A stretch of DNA of 64,000 nucleotides from Thermoplasmata archaeon (GTDB lineage Archaea; Thermoplasmatota; Thermoplasmata; Lutacidiplasmatales; UBA184): NCBI GenBank assembly GCA_035499455.1, contig DATJYS010000005.1, positions 551,348 to 615,347 on the forward strand, written 5' to 3'. A model generated the notes under the pieces. The model was not told the DNA's origin. It saw nothing but the letters and a program-made list of their open reading frames with translations, and did no database searches. This document shows positions 36,039-45,516 of this stretch, in pieces; within the stretch, counting starts at the first letter, position 1, and each line of letters opens with the position of its first letter. The position numbers and the translations under genes are program-made.

Positions 36039-37667
36039 CTAGTGGTCGTGCCCGCCGCCGGCGCCGCCCGGGGGGGCAGGGCTCGACCGCTTCGAGGCGA
36101 TCACGTCATCGATCCGGAGCACCATGTTGGCGACCTCGACCGCCGAGCTCAACGCCTGGCGCTTGACGCGCAGGGGCTCGATCACGTGGAGCTTCCACAT
36201 GTCGGCCGCCTTGCCGTCCGCGAGGTTCACGCCGATGTTCTTGTTGCTGGAGGAGCCGTCGTGCGCGCTCCGCAGCTCGATGAGCGTGTTGATCGAATCG
36301 TAGCCGCCGTTCTCGGCGAGCGCCCACGGCACCGCCTCGAGCGACTGGGCGAACGCCTCGGCGGCGAGCTGCTCGCGGCCGCCGACCGACTGGGCCCACT
36401 TGCGCAGCTTGACCGCGAGCTCGATCTCGGTGGCGCCCCCGCCGGGGCAGACGACCCCGTCCTCGAGGACGCTCGCCACGACCTTGAGCGCGTCGTGCAG
36501 CGACCGCTCGACCTCCTGGGTCACGTGCTCGGTGCCGCCGCGGATGAGGATCGAGACCGACCGCGGGTTGGAGCAGCCCGTGACGAACGTCATGTCGTCG
36601 TCTCCGACCTTGCGCTCTTCGACCTTGGCCGCCTGGCCGAGGTCCGCCGGGGTCAGCTCCTTGATGCCGGTCACGATCTTGCCGCCCGTGGCGCGGGCGA
36701 GCTTCTGGAGGTCGGACTCCTTGACCTGCTTCAGGGCGTAGATGCCGTCCTTCGCCAGGTAGTGGAGGACCACGTCGTCGATCCCCTTCTGGCAGACGAT
36801 GACGTTCGCCCCGGAGGCCTTGACGGCGTCCGCCATCTTGCGGAACGTCTTGTCTTCCTCGTCAAGGAAGCTCTGGATCTGGGACGGGTTCTTGATGTTG
36901 ATCTTGCTCTCGATCTCGGTCTTCTTGACCTCGAGCGCCGAGTTGAGCAGCGCGATCTTCGCGCCGCTGACCTCGGACGGCATGCGGGGGTGTCCGCGTT
37001 CCTTGTCGAGGACGATCCCCTCGATGAGCTCGGTGTCGTGGATCGTGCCGCCGTGGCGCTTCTCGACCTTGATCTGGTCGACGTCGCAGACGGTCTTGCC
37101 GCCGCGCTGCTCCGCGATCTTCTGGACCGCCTTGACCGCGATCTGGGCAAGCTCGTCCCGCGAGCCGGCGACGCCCTTCGACCCCATGGCCGTGCGCGCG
37201 CAGTCCACTAGGATCGCCTGGTCGTCCGCCTTGACCGTCGTACCGATCTCCTCCTCGAGGAGCCGGCGCGCTTCCTGGACGGCGAGCTGGAAACCGCGAG
37301 TGATGACCGTGGGGTGGACGTCCTGCTCGAGGAGACGCTCCGAGCGCTTCAGCAGCTCGCCGGCGAGGACCACGGCCGTCGTCGTCCCGTCGCCGCACTG
37401 CTGGTCCTGGGTCTTCGCGACCTCAACGAGCATCTTCGCGGCCGGGTGCTCGACGTCGACCTCCTTGAGGATCGTCACGCCGTCGTTCGTGATCGTGATG
37501 TCGCCCATCGAATCGACCAACATCTTGTCCATGCCTCGGGGGCCGAGGGTCGTCCGAACGGTGTCGGCGACCGCCCGCGCGGCGGCGATGTTGTTCGAAG
37601 AGGCTCCCTTTCCGCGCTCGCGTTCCGTGCCTTCCTTCAGGATGAGGATCGGGGTGCCCTGCATCAT
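36039..37667 (-). CDS. ths: thermosome subunit (group II chaperonin)
   Basis: GPRGMDKML, GDGTTT and VxGGGA signature motifs. 542 aa with C-terminal GGM-like tail. Confidence 0.95.
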   Translation of the reverse strand: MMQGTPILILKEGTERERGKGASSNNIAAARAVADTVRTTLGPRGMDKMLVDSMGDITITNDGVTILKEVDVEHPAAKMLVEVAKTQDQQCGDGTTTAVVLAGELLKRSERLLEQDVHPTVITRGFQLAVQEARRLLEEEIGTTVKADDQAILVDCARTAMGSKGVAGSRDELAQIAVKAVQKIAEQRGGKTVCDVDQIKVEKRHGGTIHDTELIEGIVLDKERGHPRMPSEVSGAKIALLNSALEVKKTEIESKINIKNPSQIQSFLDEEDKTFRKMADAVKASGANVIVCQKGIDDVVLHYLAKDGIYALKQVKESDLQKLARATGGKIVTGIKELTPADLGQAAKVEERKVGDDDMTFVTGCSNPRSVSILIRGGTEHVTQEVERSLHDALKVVASVLEDGVVCPGGGATEIELAVKLRKWAQSVGGREQLAAEAFAQSLEAVPWALAENGGYDSINTLIELRSAHDGSSSNKNIGVNLADGKAADMWKLHVIEPLRVKRQALSSAVEVANMVLRIDDVIASKRSSPAPPGGAGGGHDH

Positions 37668-37696
37668 GGTCTTACCATCACGGGGAGACTTGCGCT

Positions 37697-37705
37697 TCTA
37701 TATAA
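37697..37705 (-). promoter_or_regulatory. TATA box (TTTATATAG on the minus strand) of the thermosome promoter
   Basis: A strong AT-rich box about 35 nt upstream of the thermosome ATG. Confidence 0.6.
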
Positions 37706-37775
37706 AGACAACCAACGCCCTTGCCCCCCCGGAGCGGGAGAGTCGCCATCGGGCCGACCGTTCACTTCGGCCCCG

Positions 37776-38345
37776 TCACGCCAACGGTCGGGGTCCACTG
37801 GACCGCGGAAGGAGGGACGCGAGCAGCTCCACGACTCGCTCGGCCGGCGCGGAAGCGTCGACCTCGATTCCGGCAGCGAACCGGGTGCTCTTCCGATAGA
37901 CCTCCCGGGCGGCGGACGCGCCGTGCGGGTGCTCCCGCCCGGCGTCCCGAGCGATGCACACCGAGAGCGGTGCCATGAGCGTGAAAATGTGACCGGAACA
38001 ACCCAGTCGATCCCCGAGATCCTTGAGCTGTTCCTCCCAGTAGAAGTTTCCATCGAGGATTGCGGGCCGGTCCTGCTCTAGGGGGGTGGTGGCCCTCGCC
38101 ACGGCGATCTTGTTGGCTCGCAGAAACTCCTCGAGCCCACCGTCCACCCAGAGATCGTTCTCCTCCAGGATGCCATCGATCGAAATGTACTCGGCGTGAA
38201 TCCGTCCGGCGAGAAGTCGGGCAACGGTGGTCTTCCCGACGCCTAGTGGACCACGGATCACGACGTAGTAGGCACTAGTCCGTGGGGGTGGGCTGTATGT
38301 CTGCGCGCCGACGGAATCCGGAGATACCTCTCGCGGGCGATGCAC
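37776..38345 (-). CDS. P-loop NTPase (AAA_33-like small nucleotide/substrate kinase)
   Basis: Walker A (RGPLGVGKTT) near the N-terminus of a 189-aa ORF. Confidence 0.55.
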   Translation of the reverse strand: MHRPREVSPDSVGAQTYSPPPRTSAYYVVIRGPLGVGKTTVARLLAGRIHAEYISIDGILEENDLWVDGGLEEFLRANKIAVARATTPLEQDRPAILDGNFYWEEQLKDLGDRLGCSGHIFTLMAPLSVCIARDAGREHPHGASAAREVYRKSTRFAAGIEVDASAPAERVVELLASLLPRSSGPRPLA

Positions 38346-38453
38346 GCGGGACCGAAGATCGGCCGGACTCCTTCAAGCTGCTGGGCAGTGGCTTCGGTGC
38401 TGCTCCCTCGCCGATAGGCCGCGCGGAGCGCGGACCCGAGCGGGCAGCGAAGG

Positions 38454-39392
38454 TCAGAGCCGCCCCGCGACGGCGCGGCTCAAGATTCTCTGCAGTGGGG
38501 CAATGTCGGAGATTCGACTGCGGGACCCTTCGGCCGGAGCGCCTCGGCCGACCGCGCGCTCGAACTCGATCGTCGCCCCCGCCCACTCTTCCGAGGAGGG
38601 GCCGACGACTCTCAGTACGTAATCGAACGCCGCCCGCTGGGTCGGCGGTTCGTCCGCGAACGAGACGAAGACGGAGGCGCCGAGGCCGGTGACCTCCCGA
38701 AGGAGCGTCGGGACCGTGGCCGCGTCGTAGAGCGCGATCAGTCGATGGGCGTTGGAGACCACGATGATGCCGGGAGCCGCTTCCGAGACGGTCTTGGCCA
38801 ACGCGAGCTGGATGGGCCGGGGTAGCCGTACGAACTCGGAGAGCTCGGCCATCGAGTCGCGCGGTTCATCGCGGCGGATCACCGATCGCACCGCCTCCCG
38901 CCCGATGTGGTTCGGGGCCATCTCGTCGAGGCGATTGACGATCACCAGGCGGTCCGGCGGAACGAGACCGAGATGGACCGGGTTCCTCCCGGACGGGGGC
39001 TGATGCCCGATCCGCACGTCGATCCAGGAGAACTCCGAACCGACCCAGGCGACGAGACCGTACGTCACCATGTTGACCAGGTCGCGCGACTCGCCGTGGA
39101 CCAGGACCGTCACCGGTTCTCGGGAGAGGAGCGCGGCGAGCTCGAGAGCGGAGCCGGGCTCTTCGGGAGGGCCCCCTCGACCGGCGCGCACGACGCGCGG
39201 GAGAGGTGTCGTGGGGGGGTCGACCGGCGGGCGGGCCCCGGGGCCGGCCGGGCGCTCGGGGGGGACGGTCGGTTGGCCCGCGGGTCCCTTCGCGCTCCGG
39301 GCGGGCGGTGGCGCCCGACGGCGCGGCGGACGCGCGGCGAGCTCGAACGGTCGGCTTGGGGCTTCGGGTCGGTCGACTGACGACGCATCCAT
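38454..39392 (-). CDS. hypothetical protein with Pro-rich disordered N-terminus and a C-terminal RecA/KaiC-like-fold domain lacking a Walker A motif
   Basis: 312-aa ORF. The first ~90 aa are Pro/Arg/Ala-rich. The remainder is a non-repetitive alpha/beta-like sequence. Confidence 0.35.
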   Translation of the reverse strand: MDASSVDRPEAPSRPFELAARPPRRRAPPPARSAKGPAGQPTVPPERPAGPGARPPVDPPTTPLPRVVRAGRGGPPEEPGSALELAALLSREPVTVLVHGESRDLVNMVTYGLVAWVGSEFSWIDVRIGHQPPSGRNPVHLGLVPPDRLVIVNRLDEMAPNHIGREAVRSVIRRDEPRDSMAELSEFVRLPRPIQLALAKTVSEAAPGIIVVSNAHRLIALYDAATVPTLLREVTGLGASVFVSFADEPPTQRAAFDYVLRVVGPSSEEWAGATIEFERAVGRGAPAEGSRSRISDIAPLQRILSRAVAGRL

Positions 39393-39514
39393 GGAGGGTG
39401 TTCGGTGCTCCTCGGCCTAGAACGTCGGGCCGTGAGCTTGAGCGCGCTCCGAACTCCTTCGGGCGCCCGAACGGGTTCGGGTCGCCCGAGAGCGAAAACG
39501 GACGCCCCGGACCC

Positions 39515-40240
39515 CTAGGCCGCCGCCGACGCCGAGCGCATCGCGGTCTCGAGCAGCTTCTTCTCGATGATCGCGATCGACTCGGAGATCGACGATTTGC
39601 TCCGGCCCAGCCGCTTCGCGAGATCGGTGAGGGTGATCCCGCGAGGGACGGCGAAGTAGCCGGCCGCCATGGCGTTCGAAAGAAGCTGCTGTTGGGTCTC
39701 CGTCAGGATCGGCAGGTGGCTGCGGAGCGGGCGTCGGCGGATCGAAACGATCGTCATGCCGGCGTTCGCCTCGCGCGCGTAGCGGACGATCTCGTCGAAC
39801 TCGGCACGCCGGGCGACGACCTCCCAGGTCAGGAAGCCGTCCTGGATACGGAGCGGAAACTGGATCGGGAGGCGGAGTCGACGATAAACCGCGAGGATCG
39901 GCGGATTGCGATACGTGATTCGGTAGAGGCACCCGTCGCCCACCTCGGCGAGGCTCTCGACCCGATCGACGTCCCGGTACTGCTCGATCTCGCGCGCGTA
40001 TCCGCCCGGGGGACCGCCGCTGATCCAGTAGTCCGAGACGGAGAGGTTCGGACCGACCTCCGCCCGATTGAGCACCTCCAAGCGCACTCCGGGGTGCTCC
40101 GAAGAGAACGGGCCCGTCCAGAGATTCTTCGGGATCCGAACGCGCAGCGTGGCGATGAACAGTCGCACGGGGGCCGGAGGCTCCGCGGAGCGAAGCGCCC
40201 GGAGTCGGGCGCGGTCCTCCGATGCTTCCCCTTCCGCCAC
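39515..40240 (-). CDS. HTH_10 (bacterio-opsin-activator-type) transcriptional regulator
   Basis: C-terminal LTETQQQLLSNAMAAGYFAVPRGITLTDLAKRLGRSKSSISESI matches the Bat-type HTH. Confidence 0.6.
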   Translation of the reverse strand: MAEGEASEDRARLRALRSAEPPAPVRLFIATLRVRIPKNLWTGPFSSEHPGVRLEVLNRAEVGPNLSVSDYWISGGPPGGYAREIEQYRDVDRVESLAEVGDGCLYRITYRNPPILAVYRRLRLPIQFPLRIQDGFLTWEVVARRAEFDEIVRYAREANAGMTIVSIRRRPLRSHLPILTETQQQLLSNAMAAGYFAVPRGITLTDLAKRLGRSKSSISESIAIIEKKLLETAMRSASAAA

Positions 40241-40454
40241 GGAGCGATCGCCCTCCCGGCACGATCCCGCTGTCGCCCGCCCACCTCGGCGGAGAAACCG
40301 GTACGAGCCCCGAGAGCGAGCACCGGTACCCGAGATATAAAGGTGGAAGCAGCCGCCGGTCGCCGTCCCCCCATCGTTGGGGTAGGGCGGGTCGCGGACG
40401 GCTCGGTTCGGGACCGTCGTTTATGTAGGGCCAGCCCGCATCGCGCGGCCGGCC

Positions 40455-40877
40455 GTGAACGACCCGAACCAACCTCTGCCGTACGGTCCCCCCGGCCGGG
40501 GCCCCTACGCCCCCGTCCACGCCTACCGGTGGGTGCTCCTTGCGGCGGTCGCGGTTGCGGCGATCGTCACGGTCGGCGTCGTGCTGTGGCTGGTCCTCCC
40601 CCGGTCCCACGGATACGGTGGTTACTGGTTCCCGCTCGGCGGGTTCTTCCTCGTCTTCGTCGTGATATGGGCCGCCTTCTTCGCAATACGGATGTCGTTC
40701 TGGAGCTCGCGCCGCCAGCAGTACCGCGCCGCCCGGTACGGCGGCGGCCCGTACGGGGGACCGCGCTTCGATCCCGCGATCCGGACGGCCCGTCTCCGGT
40801 ACGCTCGTGGGGAGATCACCCGTCAGCAGTACGACGAGATCGTCCGCGGGCTGCGTCCCGGCCCGCCTCCTCCCTAG
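40455..40877 (+). CDS. SHOCT-domain membrane protein
   Basis: Two TM helices followed by a C-terminal SHOCT motif (RLRYARGEITRQQYDEIVRGL). TTTATGTAG TATA-like element about 30 nt upstream. Confidence 0.55.
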   Translation: MNDPNQPLPYGPPGRGPYAPVHAYRWVLLAAVAVAAIVTVGVVLWLVLPRSHGYGGYWFPLGGFFLVFVVIWAAFFAIRMSFWSSRRQQYRAARYGGGPYGGPRFDPAIRTARLRYARGEITRQQYDEIVRGLRPGPPPP

Positions 40878-41800
40878 CGGGCCGGCGACCTTCCGCGGGC
40901 GCGAGGTCCGCCCTCACGCGCCGCGATCGCCCGCGCGAGAGCGAAGTACGCTTCGGGGGGGAGCTCTTCCGGGCGCCGACCGGCCCAATCCTCCGGCCAG
41001 GACGCCTCCCGGGCCAGCGCCGCCGCGTCCTCTCGCGAGGACGCCACCGTCGGCAGGAGGTTTGAGAGCTGCTTGCGGCGCTGACCGAAGAGGAGGCGGA
41101 CCACCCGCTCGAACTCGGGGACAGACGGAACAGGGAGCCCCCCGTCTCGGGCCACGTGCACCGCGAGGCGACTCGCGACCTCCGGCTCGGGGGTGAACGC
41201 AGACGGCGGCACGGAGCGGAAACGCTCGACGGTGCCGTAGAGCTGGGCGGCGATCGACAGCCGGCCGTACTGCTTCGAGCCGGGGCCGGCGGCGATCCGG
41301 TCGACCACCTCCTTCTGCAGCAGGAAGACGACCCGGGGATACCGGGCGGCGAGCAGCCGGAGCAGGATCGGGGTCCCAACCGAGTACGGGAGATTCCCGA
41401 CGACGCAATCCGCCCGGGGGAGGGCGATCGTGAGCGCGTCTCCCTCGAGGACGCGGATCCGGTTCCCGAAGGTCGATCGCAGGAACCCCGCCAACCGTCG
41501 ATCCCGCTCGATCACCGTAAGGGGAGCCGCTCCCCGCCGGAGCAGCGCCGCCGTGAGGACCCCGAGGCCGCCCCCGATCTCGAGCACGGGGCGACCGGGT
41601 GGAAGTTCGACGAGCGCGGCCTCCGCGTCGGCCACGAACGGGTCGGAGAGGAACGACTGCCCCAGGGCGCGGGACGGTCGGACGCGGAGCCGCTCGAGGG
41701 TGGCGTGGATCTCGCTCGACCGCTCGGGGACGAAGATCGGGGCCGGCCCCGTCGTCGGCCCCTTACGGGGCGACAAAGAGCCGGTACTTGTCGTCGGCAC
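40874..41800 (-). CDS. ksgA: 16S rRNA (adenine1518/1519-N6)-dimethyltransferase KsgA/Dim1
   Basis: SLGQSFL, EIGGGLG and NLPYSV motifs. No ATG available, so the start is GTG 41800 or TTG 41776, overlapping the 3' end of the DUF655 gene. Confidence 0.8.
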   Translation of the reverse strand: MPTTSTGSLSPRKGPTTGPAPIFVPERSSEIHATLERLRVRPSRALGQSFLSDPFVADAEAALVELPPGRPVLEIGGGLGVLTAALLRRGAAPLTVIERDRRLAGFLRSTFGNRIRVLEGDALTIALPRADCVVGNLPYSVGTPILLRLLAARYPRVVFLLQKEVVDRIAAGPGSKQYGRLSIAAQLYGTVERFRSVPPSAFTPEPEVASRLAVHVARDGGLPVPSVPEFERVVRLLFGQRRKQLSNLLPTVASSREDAAALAREASWPEDWAGRRPEELPPEAYFALARAIAAREGGPRARGRSPAR

Positions 41801-42308
41801 CGCTCAGCTCCTGCTCGATCCGCGCGACGATCAGACGTTCGGGACTCTTCAGGTGCAATCGCGTCTCGATGTCGGCGAAGCTCTGGAACGGGGCCCGCCG
41901 GCGCTCGTCGACGATCTGCTGCATCGTCTTCTTGCCGATCCCCGGAAGGAGCTCGAGCAGGTGGAACCGTCGTGAGACCGCGGGCGCGTCGTTGAACACG
42001 CGCAGGTAGCGCGCCTCGTTCCCCTTCACGATCGACTCGAGCGCGTTCGTTAACTCGGTGCGGGCCGAGACGGTGAGCTCGTCGTACCCGAGGCGGCGGC
42101 GGACGTGGTCGATCGGCGGCGGGGCCCCTTCGATCGGGACGAGGGGGATCCGCTGCCCCGCGGCGAGCACCGCGCCGGGCCGCGGCACGAGCTCGAGGAG
42201 CTTGAGCTCGTCCTCACCGAGGCCCAGGGCGAGGGGTTCGCGGTGGAAGCCGCGTTCCGTCTGCCGGCCGTTCGGCAGGTAGTCGAGAATGCGAGCGTAG
42301 TTCTCCAC
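41763..42308 (-). CDS. DUF655-family archaeal protein (S1-like plus HhH, putative RNA-binding)
   Basis: Conserved archaeal position between rpoF and ksgA. Sequence ENYARILDYLPNGR...HLLELLPGIGKKTMQQIVDER. Confidence 0.7.
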   Translation of the reverse strand: MENYARILDYLPNGRQTERGFHREPLALGLGEDELKLLELVPRPGAVLAAGQRIPLVPIEGAPPPIDHVRRRLGYDELTVSARTELTNALESIVKGNEARYLRVFNDAPAVSRRFHLLELLPGIGKKTMQQIVDERRRAPFQSFADIETRLHLKSPERLIVARIEQELSGADDKYRLFVAP

Positions 42309-42320
42309 GGGGCCTCCCGC

Positions 42321-42635
42321 TCATTTGTGCTGGGCAACGATCTCGAGCAGGCGCGTCACCTGGGCTTCGTCGAGCGCGACCCGCTCCTTCGAGAAGAGGA
42401 GGCGGATCTCTTCGGGGTACTGCGGCAGGACGTCGGCGATCTTGATCGCGAGCGCCGCGTCCACGAACGGGAGCGTCCTGAGTTCGGCGATCATCTTCGC
42501 CGTCGCCTCGGGCTCGAGGCGGACGAACAGTTCGGCGTGCTGCAGGGCGAGCGACGCTTCGCGGGGGAGCGTGCGGCGGGTCGCTTCCTCCGCGAGAAGC
42601 TCCTTCACCCGCGCGAGCGGGACCGGGTCAGGCAT
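42321..42635 (-). CDS. rpoF: DNA-directed RNA polymerase subunit F (Rpb4 homologue)
   Basis: About 104 aa in the conserved rpl21e-rpoF-DUF655-ksgA neighbourhood. Confidence 0.6.
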   Translation of the reverse strand: MPDPVPLARVKELLAEEATRRTLPREASLALQHAELFVRLEPEATAKMIAELRTLPFVDAALAIKIADVLPQYPEEIRLLFSKERVALDEAQVTRLLEIVAQHK

Positions 42636-42939
42636 CCTCGGCCTCCGGCGCCGAGGGCACGAGGTGGATCGGGAGGGCGATGAGCTCCTTCGGCTTCCCG
42701 CCGTCCACGAACTGGATGCGGTAGGCGCGCCCGGATTTCGCGACGACCGTGCAGGTGCGGCCCTGGTAGCGGGGGTGCGGCTGGCCGTGCGGGTCGGACG
42801 GTTCGAGCACGACCGTCACCTTGTCGCCGACCGCGAACTCCCGGAGGAACCGGTTGACCGGGGGCATCCCCCGTTCGCGGACCTCCTTCGTGAAGGTGCC
42901 GCGCGAGCGGGAGCGGAACCCCTTCGAACTCTTGACCAT
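42628..42939 (-). CDS. rpl21e: 50S ribosomal protein L21e
   Basis: MVKSSKGFRSRSRGTFTK...DKVTVVLEP matches L21e. Confidence 0.85.
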   Translation of the reverse strand: MVKSSKGFRSRSRGTFTKEVRERGMPPVNRFLREFAVGDKVTVVLEPSDPHGQPHPRYQGRTCTVVAKSGRAYRIQFVDGGKPKELIALPIHLVPSAPEAEDA

Positions 42940-44175
42940 CTATGCCTCCGGATCGTGGATCTCTAGCACGTCGAGGTACTCGACCTTTAGGGGGACTCCG
43001 ACGAGGGAGGCGAGGCTCGGGTCGGTGCGTCCCTCATCTCCTTCCACCCACTCCTTGACGTATGTTCCGGCCTCGGTCCTGACATCGAGCGTGAACCGCC
43101 CCTCCGCCCCCTCGACGAGCCGCGCCGCGACGATCCGGCGCTCTCGGACGAGGTCGGACCGGCGGTGCGCCACGCGTCGCGGGGTACGCTGGGCGATCGC
43201 TCGACCGGTCGCGAGCCGGAGAGCCTCATTAACCTTTTCCACGGCCGCCGACCCCACCACGCCGACACGGTAGCTCTTCTCCGGGGACGCCTCCTTCACG
43301 CGGACGACATCCTCGGCGAGCGCGGGCCGTAGGTCGAGGACCTCCACCCGCCCCGCCGCGTCCGGCCCGAGCGCGGCGGCGAGCCCGGCGACGTCGAGGG
43401 TCCGCACCCGCGGCCGGAGCAGTTCCAGCACGAACGGGCGGCCCCGGCCGAGCATCCGGGCGTCGATATCCTCCCGACCCATCCCGTGGAACCGCGTCCC
43501 TTCCGCCCCGGCGGCGCGGACGAACGGCGCGCCGACCAACTCCTCGACGCTCGTCGGGTACGTCTTCCCGGTTCCTCCGCACGCCGGGCAGCCGTGGCCT
43601 AGGCAACGGCGGCACGGCCAGCGGGTTTGGGGCAGCGTCCGGTCGAGCTTGCGGTAGCGGCCCTGCAGATAGAGCGGCATCACCGTGACGTCGACCCGGC
43701 CGACCGGTAGGTCGGCGAGGAAGACCATGTCCGGCCGCTCCGGCCCTCCCGCGGCCCCGGTGCGCGCCTCCAACAGCTTGCCCAGCTCCCGATTGAACGC
43801 CGAACGGGCGCTCTCGCCCCACTCCGTTCCGGTTTCACCCCAGAACGACTCCTCGACCGCCAGCCGCTCGGGGTCCCACCGGGAGCCGCACGTGAACCGG
43901 TGCCACTCGTGGCCCTCCGCGGCGCGCACGCAGCGGTCGGCCCACACCGGGATCCGGGCGAACGTGCCGCCGCACAGCGGGCACGGATCCACCGGGGCCG
44001 CGATGGCCCCCCCGAGGTCGGCCGCAAGCCGGGAAGCGCGCTCCGGGTTCGACAGTCCGTGGCCCCAGCGACCGAAGAGACGCCCGAAGCACTCCGGGCA
44101 GAACCCCCGCGGCGCGGCCCGCCGGGCCGCGGCCCGGATCGGCTCGGTGATCTCGAACGTCGCGGGCTCGGGCAC
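42940..44175 (-). CDS. pus10: tRNA pseudouridine(54/55) synthase Pus10
   Basis: Zinc-binding Cys pairs (CPECFGRL...CPLCGG; CRRCLGHGCPACGGTG), THUMP-like region and conserved C-terminal catalytic region. Confidence 0.8.
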   Translation of the reverse strand: MPEPATFEITEPIRAAARRAAPRGFCPECFGRLFGRWGHGLSNPERASRLAADLGGAIAAPVDPCPLCGGTFARIPVWADRCVRAAEGHEWHRFTCGSRWDPERLAVEESFWGETGTEWGESARSAFNRELGKLLEARTGAAGGPERPDMVFLADLPVGRVDVTVMPLYLQGRYRKLDRTLPQTRWPCRRCLGHGCPACGGTGKTYPTSVEELVGAPFVRAAGAEGTRFHGMGREDIDARMLGRGRPFVLELLRPRVRTLDVAGLAAALGPDAAGRVEVLDLRPALAEDVVRVKEASPEKSYRVGVVGSAAVEKVNEALRLATGRAIAQRTPRRVAHRRSDLVRERRIVAARLVEGAEGRFTLDVRTEAGTYVKEWVEGDEGRTDPSLASLVGVPLKVEYLDVLEIHDPEA

Positions 44176-44266
44176 GCCCGAACGACACGGTCGGACACAA
44201 TACCTCGTCGGCCGGGGCGGTCCACGGGGAAGGTTTTACTCCGGCCCGGCGTGCCCGGGAGGACGT

Positions 44267-44680
44267 ATGGCGTCGATCAACGAGCTCGAACTGACCCGGG
44301 CGATCGAGCGGACGCTCGTCGCGCACGGCAAGGTCCCCCCCGACGGGGCGCGCCCGGTCGCCCGCATGGTGCTCGGCTATTTCGGACTGGACGATACCGT
44401 ACTGGACAACAAGTTGTCGAGCGAGGACCGCGACCGGTTCTACCAGCTCGAGGAGGAGGGGTTGCTCACGAGCGAGGAGGAGGACGCGACCGTCTCCCGC
44501 GGCAAGACCTGGCGCATCCACTACTGGCTGCTCAAGAAGGCCCGGATCCGGGACGTCGGGCAGAGCGGCGACGCCCCCCGCTCGGCGGACGAGGGCGAGG
44601 TCTACAAGTCGATGGACGAGGCCGGCTGGCGTCGCAAGAGCGAGGCGACCTCCGCCGCCGGGAGCCGTCGGCCGACCTAG
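44267..44680 (+). CDS. hypothetical protein (137 aa, acidic)
   Basis: ATG 44267 with a TTTTAC element about 26 nt upstream, suggesting a leaderless transcript. Confidence 0.4.
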   Translation: MASINELELTRAIERTLVAHGKVPPDGARPVARMVLGYFGLDDTVLDNKLSSEDRDRFYQLEEEGLLTSEEEDATVSRGKTWRIHYWLLKKARIRDVGQSGDAPRSADEGEVYKSMDEAGWRRKSEATSAAGSRRPT

Positions 44681-45516
44681 CGCTTCGGCGGGATCACCCG
44701 CCGGGGGGCGAAGCTCGTGCGGGGTCCGCCGAGCGCCGGGTAGTCCGCGTGCTGGATCACCGTGCGGACGTGCTCGATGGCGCCGAACGCGAACGCCATC
44801 GCTGCGACCAGCGCGAAGACCGACGCGAGGTCCACCGCGACCCCCCCGATGTGGAACACCGCGAGCAGCACGGTGAGCGACGCGAGGGCGTTGAACGACG
44901 CGTGCATGGCGACGGCGAGCAGATAGTACGCCCCGGTCCCCGGACTGCGCTTCGTGAACTTGGCGCGGGCGAAGCCGTGCCCGAGCATCCCCGTGGAGCT
45001 CCCGTGCAGCAGGACGCTCGAGAGGCTGCGGACCAGGATCAGCGCGAGGCCGGCGACCAGGCCCCCGACCACGAACGCGCCGATCCCGTACAGGAACGTC
45101 TCGAAGAAGCCGAACCCGAGGCCGACGGAAGCGCCGAAGACGGCCCCGTCCGACGGCTGCCGGATGCGATCGCCGTAGGAGAGGACCCCCGACCCCTTGA
45201 GCGCCTCCTCGACGAACGGCGCGATGACGAGGACCAGGAAGAACGCCCCGGCGGTGGAGTTCCTGTTCAGGAAGACGAACTCCGGGCCCGGGTACCGTTG
45301 CGTGATGGACGTGCCGAGCGCCACGATCACTGCCTCGAGAATGCCGGCGGTGATCGTGGCGAACAGGGCGCCGTAGGCGAACGCTCCGAGGACCGAGCTC
45401 CACCCTTCGCCGTGGTACCGCTCGGCGCGACGGACCCAGACGAGGTAGATGAGCGCGGGCAGTAGCGCGACCAGGGCGAGGATCGCCAGCGACTCCGCGG
45501 AGTTCATGGACGTCAT
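44677..45516 (-). CDS. PrsW-family intramembrane metalloprotease
   Basis: EExxK (FVEEALKG), FxxxH (LLHGSSTGMLGHGF) and HxxxN (HASFN) motifs in a multi-TM ORF. Confidence 0.7.
   Translation of the reverse strand: MTSMNSAESLAILALVALLPALIYLVWVRRAERYHGEGWSSVLGAFAYGALFATITAGILEAVIVALGTSITQRYPGPEFVFLNRNSTAGAFFLVLVIAPFVEEALKGSGVLSYGDRIRQPSDGAVFGASVGLGFGFFETFLYGIGAFVVGGLVAGLALILVRSLSSVLLHGSSTGMLGHGFARAKFTKRSPGTGAYYLLAVAMHASFNALASLTVLLAVFHIGGVAVDLASVFALVAAMAFAFGAIEHVRTVIQHADYPALGGPRTSFAPRRVIPPKR

Noticed and set aside
35235-37211. 658-aa ORF antisense to the thermosome gene
   Set aside because: Low-complexity antisense artefact. The thermosome frame is unambiguous.
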